DNA of 11,968 nt from Gemmatimonadota bacterium (lineage in GTDB: Bacteria; Gemmatimonadota; Gemmatimonadetes; Gemmatimonadales; Gemmatimonadaceae): the NCBI GenBank assembly GCA_031372565.1, contig JANMLN010000196.1, forward strand, positions 1 to 11,968, given 5' to 3'. Positions 1 to 6,248 of the stretch are shown here, piece after piece. The notes under the pieces were generated by a model. The model searched no databases and was not told the DNA's origin. It was given only the letters and a program-made list of their open reading frames with translations. The position numbers and the translations under genes are program-made. Numbering within the stretch: position 1 is the stretch's first letter; each line of letters starts with the position of its first letter.

Positions 1-13
1 CCCCCGCCGTTGA

Positions 14-62
14 CCTGCGCGCAGCTACGGACCTCCCTGTCGTCCTGCGCACAGCTAAGGAC
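14..62. repeat. Imperfect 19-bp direct repeat, 2 copies 30 bp apart; candidate regulator-binding sites
   Basis: cctgcgcgcagctacggac (14-32) and cctgcgcacagctaaggac (44-62), 2 mismatches, in apparently non-coding DNA. Copy 2 also has the dyad GTCCT-N11-AGGAC (42-62). Confidence 0.75.
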
Positions 63-112
63 GTGCTTCCCCCGGACCACCACCGCGAAAGCTGTTCATT
101 CGCTGCGCTCTG

Positions 113-160
113 CACGACACCACGCTCACGACACCACGCTCACGACACCACGCTCACGAC
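113..160. repeat. 14-bp tandem repeat (cacgacaccacgct) x3 plus a partial copy, at the Nudix stop codon
   Basis: Perfect copies at 113-126, 127-140 and 141-154, then cacgac at 155-160. On the minus strand every junction reads GTGA. Confidence 0.95.
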
Positions 161-624
161 GACACGCGCAGCACGTCCTCGGCCGGACCGGCATGACCGT
201 CCGCGAGCAGCTTCTCGATCCAGCGCAGCTGCTCTCCCGCACGCGGCCAGGTGGCGCGATCGGCCGCGTCGGTAAACGGGCACCATCGATGCGCGCGATG
301 TTCGACGCCGAGCCGCACGACCTCCGTCGCATCGACAAAGGCCGCGAAGGTCACCGCGAGGTACACCGTGTCGTTGTGCGGTACGTAGAACGGATGCGAG
401 CTGATCACGTACAGGCGCTCGGCGGCGAGCCCGGTCTCTTCAAACAGTTCGCGCCGCGCCGCGGCGGGCGGTTGTTCCCCCGGCTCGATGCGCCCGTGCA
501 CGACTTCCCAGGCACCGGGTGAGCGGGCCCCGTCCGCGCGCTCCATCAGGAGGACGCGCCACTGCCCCGGGCCGTCGCGCACCACGGGATAGACGTCGAC
601 CACGCCAACAGTGACGTGCGTCAT
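154..624 (-). CDS. Nudix hydrolase, NudB (dihydroneopterin triphosphate/dATP pyrophosphohydrolase)-like; substrate uncertain
   Basis: Complete Nudix box GX5EX7REUXEEXGU (GRIEPGEQPPAAARRELFEETGL), upstream VLLMER strand and C-terminal EH..HRW motif. 156 aa. Confidence 0.9.
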   Translation of the reverse strand: MTHVTVGVVDVYPVVRDGPGQWRVLLMERADGARSPGAWEVVHGRIEPGEQPPAAARRELFEETGLAAERLYVISSHPFYVPHNDTVYLAVTFAAFVDATEVVRLGVEHRAHRWCPFTDAADRATWPRAGEQLRWIEKLLADGHAGPAEDVLRVSS

Positions 625-648
625 GCGGAGCGCGACACGGGTGCGCGC

Positions 649-3066
649 CTAGACGCGCTTGAGCAGGGCGTGCAAGCGCGCCGAGAGGGCACGCGGACGG
701 AACGGCTTCGTGAGAAAGTCGTTGGCCCCGAACTCGAACACGCGCACTTCCGAGTCTTCGTCGCCCTTGGCGGTCAACACCAGCACCGGGAGGTTCTGTG
801 TGGCGGGACGCGAGCGCAGGTGCGCGAGCACCCCGTAGCCGTCGAGCCGGGGCAAGTTGAGATCGAGCACGACGATGTCCGGCGCGGACCGGTCGATCTC
901 GTCGAGCGCGGACACGCCGTCAGCGGCCTCGGTCACGGCGAACCCCTCCCGCTCGAGCAGGTCGCGCACGACGCGTCGCAGCGACTCTTCGTCCTCGACC
1001 AGCAGGACGGTGGCCGCAGCTGCCACCCGCGCGGCAGCCGGTGGATCTTCGAGGAGCTCGAACGCCTCGTTGAACAGCGACGCCGCGGGCACGGAGCGTG
1101 GGGTGTTGCGATGCGGGATGCTGGGCACGCGCACCGAGGGCTCCGCCGGCGTGTGGATGGGCGTCGACGTCGGCGTGGGGCGCCGCGGCACCGGCGTGGC
1201 CGCCGGCACGTTGGTGACGGGCCCCGCTGACGGCGTATCGCGCACCGTGCTGATCGACGCACCGACCACCGGCGGCGTTGCCGGCGGCGACTCGCGGCGG
1301 GCGGCGGCACTGCCTCCCTCCGGCGGCAGCTGCATGTCGCTCAGGCGCATGGAGCTCGAGACGCGCCCGCCCTCGACGGGAATTTCGCAGACGCGCAGCA
1401 GCTCGTCGACACTCGTGGTGCCTGCCTTCGAGTGCAGCACCCCCGACTCGAACAGCGAACGCATCCCCCCTTCGCGCGCCGCTTCGGTGATCCTGTCGGC
1501 CGACTCACCGCTCGAGATGCGCCGCTCGACCTCGGGCGTCACCACCAGCACTTCGGTGATCGCGAGACGGCCACGGTAGCCGGTTTGTGCGCACTCGGCG
1601 CAGCCGGCGGCCTTGTAGAGCGTTTCGCCCCCCTCGAAGTACTTCCGCAACCGGTCCGGAAGCGGCTCGGTTGCGGGCTGACGGCAGGTCGTGCACAGCC
1701 GGCGGAGGAGGCGCTGCGCGACGATCCCCTTGAGCGCGGTGGCGATCTTGTACGTCTCGATGCCGATGTCGACGAGACGCGTGATCGAACTGGCGGCGTC
1801 GATGGTGTGCAGCGTCGAGAGCACCAGGTGGCCCGTGAGCGAGGCCTGCAGCGCGATCTGCGCCGTCTCGCGATCGCGGATTTCACCGATGAGCACGACG
1901 TCGGGGTCCTGACGCAGGATCGATCGCAGCGCCGAGGCGAAGTTGAGCCCGGCCTTCTCGTTCACCTGCACCTGCACGATGCCCTGCAGGCGATACTCGA
2001 CCGGATCTTCGATGGTGACGATATTGACGGCGCGCTGCTGGATGGCGCGAATCATCGAGTAGAGCGTCGTCGTCTTGCCCGAGCCGGTGGGGCCTGTCAC
2101 GAGCACGAGCCCCTCGCGCAAGTTCGTCATCTGGCGAATCCGGTCGCCCTCATCCGGATTGAGACCCATCGCCTCGAGAGAGAGCACCGTCGCGCGCTGG
2201 TCGAGGATTCGGATGACGACTTTCTCGCCATTCGAGGCCGGCAGCGTCGAGACACGCAGGTCGATGCGCACGCCGGACACGGCCACGCGGGCGCGCCCAT
2301 CCTGCGGACGCAATCGGTCGGCGATGTCGAGCCCCGCCATGATCTTGATGCGCGAGACCAGCGGAAGCCCGGCCGCGCGCGGCAGGTTCATCACCTTGCG
2401 CAGCACACCGTCGATGCGATACCGGACGGCGACGCCACCTTCCTCGGGCTCGAGGTGGATGTCCGAGGCGCGCGACGCGATCCCCTCCGCCACGATGTGA
2501 TCGACGAGCCGGATGACCGGCCGTTCAGCCGCACGATCGGGCGAGAGGTCGAGTTCGTCCTGGGTGATCTCCTCGCTGATCGACTCGAGCTCGTACTTGC
2601 CCGTCACGCCTTCAAGGATCTTCTCGACCGCATTCTCCGGTCGGTAGATCTCGTCGATCCGCTCGACCAGGCGCGTCGGCGACGCCAGCGACATCCGGAT
2701 CGTGCGGCCGAGGGCGAAGGCGAGCGTCTTCTCGCAGTCGAGGTCATGCGGATCAGCCGTGGCGATGTCGAGCACCGAGTCGGTGATCGCGAGCGGCACG
2801 ATGCGATACTTGCGCGCCAGGGCCTCCGGCACGAGCTCCTTCGCCTGCTGGCTCACCTGCGCGAGGTTGGCCGCCTTCATCCGGAACCGTTGGGCCAGCG
2901 CGTTCAGGATCTCGTCGTCGGTCAGCAGCTTGAGCCGGACGGCGGTCTCCCAGTACGACTCCTGCAGGCTCGCCTCGACATCCCCGATGGCGTCCTTGGT
3001 CAGGAGCCCCTCGAGGGTGGGAACGATCCACTCATCGCGAATGGTCTTGTGCGCCACAGGATGCAC
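649..3066 (-). CDS. PilB/GspE/PulE-family type IV pilus or T2SS assembly ATPase with C-terminal response-regulator receiver domain (start GTG 3066 or GTG 3057)
   Basis: ASDIHLEP, RLRPQDGR, Walker A GPTGSGKT (2071-2094), Asp box TIEDPVEY, Walker B LIGEIRD, His box STLHT, Zn-binding CTTC/CAEC. A Pro/Thr-rich linker leads to a REC domain (VLLVED..VVLDLNLP..LTA..TKPF, ~649-1008). The ORF-track start at 3489 overlaps trpE and is not credible. Confidence 0.92.
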   Translation of the reverse strand: MHPVAHKTIRDEWIVPTLEGLLTKDAIGDVEASLQESYWETAVRLKLLTDDEILNALAQRFRMKAANLAQVSQQAKELVPEALARKYRIVPLAITDSVLDIATADPHDLDCEKTLAFALGRTIRMSLASPTRLVERIDEIYRPENAVEKILEGVTGKYELESISEEITQDELDLSPDRAAERPVIRLVDHIVAEGIASRASDIHLEPEEGGVAVRYRIDGVLRKVMNLPRAAGLPLVSRIKIMAGLDIADRLRPQDGRARVAVSGVRIDLRVSTLPASNGEKVVIRILDQRATVLSLEAMGLNPDEGDRIRQMTNLREGLVLVTGPTGSGKTTTLYSMIRAIQQRAVNIVTIEDPVEYRLQGIVQVQVNEKAGLNFASALRSILRQDPDVVLIGEIRDRETAQIALQASLTGHLVLSTLHTIDAASSITRLVDIGIETYKIATALKGIVAQRLLRRLCTTCRQPATEPLPDRLRKYFEGGETLYKAAGCAECAQTGYRGRLAITEVLVVTPEVERRISSGESADRITEAAREGGMRSLFESGVLHSKAGTTSVDELLRVCEIPVEGGRVSSSMRLSDMQLPPEGGSAAARRESPPATPPVVGASISTVRDTPSAGPVTNVPAATPVPRRPTPTSTPIHTPAEPSVRVPSIPHRNTPRSVPAASLFNEAFELLEDPPAAARVAAAATVLLVEDEESLRRVVRDLLEREGFAVTEAADGVSALDEIDRSAPDIVVLDLNLPRLDGYGVLAHLRSRPATQNLPVLVLTAKGDEDSEVRVFEFGANDFLTKPFRPRALSARLHALLKRV

Positions 3067-3067
3067 T

Positions 3068-3162
3068 GGGGAGAGAGCGTGCGGGCCTTTCCTCGCACAC
3101 CGTGAAAGTTGGGGGAGCGCGCCATGAGACGCTAGCAGGATTCGCGCACACCCCCCTTTTTT
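3068..3162 (+). promoter_or_regulatory. Divergent pilB-like/trpE intergenic region with alternative hairpins and a U6 tract just before trpE
   Basis: Hairpin 3079-3098 (GTGCGGG/CTCGCAC). Interrupted stem GGGGG-A-GCGCG (3111-3121) with CGCGC-ACA-CCCCCC (3143-3156), followed by TTTTTT (3157-3162). Confidence 0.4.
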
Positions 3163-3167
3163 ACCGC

Positions 3168-4703
3168 ATGACTGCCACGACGACGCGTCTTCCCGCGGCC
3201 GACGATGCGGGCTTCGTTGCCTTCGTTGCACGCGCACAGGCCGGCGGGCTCGTGCCCGTCTGGCGCGACGCCCTGCTCGATTCCGACACGCCAGTCTCCG
3301 CCTTCGCGAAGCTCCGGCGAGGCCCGTTCGCCTTCCTTCTGGAGTCTGCCCCGGCTGGGTCGGAGACCTGGTCGCGCTACACCTTTCTCGGCACGGAGCC
3401 GCGCGGGGCCTGGCGCCTTGTCGATGATCAGGTGGAGGAGTGGACCCCCGCCGATGGATGGCATGGCGCGCGGCGCGTTGCAGATCCACTCGCCGATCTC
3501 GAGGCGGTGCTGGCGCGTCATCTGCCCGTGGCCGTGGCTGGGCTGGAAGGGCCGTGGGCGGGTGGCGTCGGGTATCTCGCCTATGACATGGTGCGCCACA
3601 TCGAGCGGCTGCCGCACGCGCCGCCCCGCGGCGTGCCGGCCCCGGACGCGCTCATGCTGTTGCCGGGGGTGCTCGTGGTCCTCGACAACCTGAAGGGCGA
3701 GGCGCGCCTCATCTACGGCGTGCCGGTGCCCGCGGGGGCCGACGAGGCCACGCTGCGCTCGCTCTGGGAGGGTGCAGAGGCGCGCCTGGCCGACGTGCTC
3801 GGCCGCTTGCGTGCACCACGCGCGCTGCCGCCGCTCGTGCTCGACGCATTGGCGCCCCCCGCCACGGGCACGAGCGTCATGTCACGCGCCACCTTCGAGA
3901 CCGGGGTGGCGCGCATCAAGGAGTACATCGTCGCGGGGGACTGCTTCCAGGCACTGCTTGCCCGACGGATCCGCGTCCCGCTCGACTTTGCGCCAAGCGA
4001 CCTGTACCGCGCGCTCCGCGCGATCAACCCGAGCCCGTACATGTTCCATCTCGTGCTCGACGACGTGGAACTCGTCGGGTCGAGCCCCGAGCTCCTCGTG
4101 CGCGTGGCCGATGGCACGGTGACCGTGCGGCCGATTGCCGGCACCCGACCGCGCGGCCGGACGCCGGCCGATGACGCGGCCCTGTCCGCCGAACTGTCCG
4201 CCGATCCGAAGGAGCGCGCCGAGCACGTGATGCTGGTGGACCTCGGCCGCAACGATGTCGGTCGGGTCGCGCGCTACGGCTCCGTGACCGTCACGGAGTT
4301 CATGTCGGTCGAGGGGTACTCGCACGTCTTTCATCTCGTGAGCGAAGCGACGGGCACGTTGCGCGACGATCTGGGCGCCATGGCGGTCTTTCGCGCGAGC
4401 TTCCCCGCCGGCACCATGACGGGCGCGCCGAAGGTGCGTGCGATGCAGATCATCGATGAGCTGGAGCCGGAACGGCGCGGGCCGTACGCGGGCGCCGTCG
4501 GGTGGATTGGCGCGGGCGGCGAGCGCATGGATCTCGCGATCACGATCCGCACGTGCGTGATCGCAGGTGGCGAGGCGCATGTCCAAGCGGGTGCCGGGAT
4601 CGTGGCCGATTCGGTGCCGGCGCTCGAGTGGGCCGAGACGGAGAACAAGATGCGCGCGATGCTGACCGCGATTGCGCGCGTGCGACGCCGATCGCCGGCG
4701 TGA
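3168..4703 (+). CDS. trpE: Anthranilate synthase component I
   Basis: FLLES (Trp-feedback motif), RYTFLG, NPSPYMF, GSSPELL, RPIAGTRPRG (PIAGT is TrpE-type; PabB has PIKGT), AEHVMLVDLGRND, FPAGTMTGAPKVRAM, QAGAGIVADS. ATG at 3168 preferred over GTG at 3102. Confidence 0.93.
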   Translation: MTATTTRLPAADDAGFVAFVARAQAGGLVPVWRDALLDSDTPVSAFAKLRRGPFAFLLESAPAGSETWSRYTFLGTEPRGAWRLVDDQVEEWTPADGWHGARRVADPLADLEAVLARHLPVAVAGLEGPWAGGVGYLAYDMVRHIERLPHAPPRGVPAPDALMLLPGVLVVLDNLKGEARLIYGVPVPAGADEATLRSLWEGAEARLADVLGRLRAPRALPPLVLDALAPPATGTSVMSRATFETGVARIKEYIVAGDCFQALLARRIRVPLDFAPSDLYRALRAINPSPYMFHLVLDDVELVGSSPELLVRVADGTVTVRPIAGTRPRGRTPADDAALSAELSADPKERAEHVMLVDLGRNDVGRVARYGSVTVTEFMSVEGYSHVFHLVSEATGTLRDDLGAMAVFRASFPAGTMTGAPKVRAMQIIDELEPERRGPYAGAVGWIGAGGERMDLAITIRTCVIAGGEAHVQAGAGIVADSVPALEWAETENKMRAMLTAIARVRRRSPA

Positions 4704-4711
4704 CGCGGCGT

Positions 4712-4740
4712 GCGCCGTGCGTCCCCCTGGCGCGCGGCGC
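4712..4740. terminator. GC-rich hairpin between convergent trpE and cls; possible bidirectional terminator
   Basis: gcgccgtgcg (4712-4721) pairs with cgcgcggcgc (4731-4740): 10-bp stem with one G-U and a 9-nt loop. No U tract. Confidence 0.4.
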
Positions 4741-6179
4741 TACAGCAGCGGGCTCACCAGCCGGGCCAGGTTCTCCACGAGCTGCGGTGCCAGCGCCCGC
4801 TTCCTCCACTCGGCTGGCACCAGCTCGGTCGCCTTGGCCATCGTGCGTTCGGCCTCGGCGCGCAACTGCGAGGCGACGCCGGTGTCGTAGCACACCACGC
4901 TCACTTCGTTGTTGAGTCGGAACGACCGGATGTCGAGGTTGCTCGATCCGATCACGGCGATTTCGTCGTCGATGGTGACATGCTTGGCGTGCAGAAATCG
5001 GTCCCGGTATCGATGCACACGTACGCCGAATGCGAGCAGGTCGTCGTAGTACGACGCCTGTGCCAGCGCCACGAAGCGGGAGTCGAGGTGCTCGGACACG
5101 ATCAGGTCCACCCGGGCCCCGCGCAGCACGGCGGTGTGCAGCGCCTGCAGCAACGCTTCGTCGGGAATGAAGTACGGCGTCGTGAGGATGACGCGACTGC
5201 GTGCACCATGGAGCAGCGAGAGGAGGAGGCGCTGATAGTTGCCGACGGGAAAGCCCGGTCCGCTCGGCAGAACCTGAGCGGCGACGTGGCCGCACGCGGC
5301 AGGCTCCACGAACACAGCGTCGGGGAGCATCGTATCGGACTCGATGTACCAGTCGGCCGCGAACGTCCCCTGCAGCTGCATCACCACGGGCCCCTCGAGC
5401 CGGACCACCATTTCGTCATTCCACAGCCCATCCTCCCCAAGCGACTCGACGAGGTTCTGCGATCCGGTGTAGGCGACCGCCCCATCGACCACGACGATCT
5501 TGCGATGGTTCCGGAGGTCGAATCGTGCCGCCTTGCGTTGGAACAGGCTGAGCGGGAGTGACTCATGCGCCTCGATGCCGAGCGCTCGAAGGCGCGGCAG
5601 GAGCCGGCGGAGCGTACGCGCGCCCGTACCCACGGTGTCGATCATCACCCGGCAGGTGACCTTCCGGGCGACGGCGCGCGACAGGGCCTCGGTCACGCGC
5701 TGGCCCACGGCGTCGTCGGCGTAGATGTAGTACTGCAGGTGCACATGCTGCCGGGCCGCGTCGATGTCGGTCACGATCCGGTCGATGGTGCCGTCGTAAT
5801 CGGGCAGCAACTCGACGGTGTTGCCGCCGACGATGGGCAGGTGACCGAGGTTCTCGGCGAGCAGCACCGCCCCCGCGAACTCCGCCTTGATCACCGGCCG
5901 GCCGGCCCTCGGATGGCTCCGCATCCTGGCAATCAGGGTGCCCAGTTGCTCGCGGAGCCGGTCGTACTGCTCCACGCGTGCCCTGGGCAGCGTCCAGGAG
6001 CCCAGGGTGACGAAGGCCAGGAGCCCGATCCAGGGAGCCGCGAAGATGAACAGCAGCCAGGCCATGGCGGCCGAGGGCGGACGCCGGAACGGGACGACGC
6101 CGGCCATGACGATCCGGATCGTCCAGTCCGAGACCACAAACAGCTCGGCCCAAAATGCGGGCAGGTGCCAGCCACTCAT
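4740..6179 (-). CDS. cls: Cardiolipin synthase (ClsA-type phospholipase D family)
   Basis: Two HKD motifs (RNHRKIVVVDG and LHAKHVTIDD) with GSQN/GSSNLDIRSF, plus TPYFIPD and PSGP. Two N-terminal hydrophobic helices with a PSAAMAWLL motif. ATG at 6179 is preceded by AAGGAAG. 479 aa. Confidence 0.93.
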   Translation of the reverse strand: MSGWHLPAFWAELFVVSDWTIRIVMAGVVPFRRPPSAAMAWLLFIFAAPWIGLLAFVTLGSWTLPRARVEQYDRLREQLGTLIARMRSHPRAGRPVIKAEFAGAVLLAENLGHLPIVGGNTVELLPDYDGTIDRIVTDIDAARQHVHLQYYIYADDAVGQRVTEALSRAVARKVTCRVMIDTVGTGARTLRRLLPRLRALGIEAHESLPLSLFQRKAARFDLRNHRKIVVVDGAVAYTGSQNLVESLGEDGLWNDEMVVRLEGPVVMQLQGTFAADWYIESDTMLPDAVFVEPAACGHVAAQVLPSGPGFPVGNYQRLLLSLLHGARSRVILTTPYFIPDEALLQALHTAVLRGARVDLIVSEHLDSRFVALAQASYYDDLLAFGVRVHRYRDRFLHAKHVTIDDEIAVIGSSNLDIRSFRLNNEVSVVCYDTGVASQLRAEAERTMAKATELVPAEWRKRALAPQLVENLARLVSPLL

Positions 6180-6203
6180 CGTCTTCCTTTTGGAGGGGAG
6201 GCC

Positions 6204-6248
6204 ATGGCTAGGCGGCGGCGGGGTCGGGTGCCATATTTCACGTCTTGA
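6204..6248 (+). other. Candidate 14-aa upstream ORF MARRRRGRVPYFTS whose stop overlaps the cyclase start (TGATG)
   Basis: GGAGG at 6192-6196 lies 7 nt before ATG 6204. TGA 6246-6248 shares its A with ATG 6248-6250. Confidence 0.3.

Noticed and set aside
14..160. Repeats at the left edge as a CRISPR array
   Set aside because: The units are 14 and 19 bp, with either no spacer or only an 11-bp gap, and no cas genes are present.
1432..3105. 557-aa plus-strand ORF
   Set aside because: Antisense shadow of the ATPase gene, typical of high-GC codon bias, with no recognisable motifs.
3067..3489. N-terminal extension of the ATPase ORF to 3489 (946 aa)
   Set aside because: It overlaps trpE on the opposite strand and is low-complexity Arg/Ala sequence. 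Family-like sequence begins near GTG 3066/3057.
154..4703. Folate cluster (NudB-like Nudix plus PabB)
   Set aside because: The chorismate enzyme carries TrpE signatures (LLES, NPSPYM, PIAGT), not PabB PIKGT, and the Nudix substrate is unknown.
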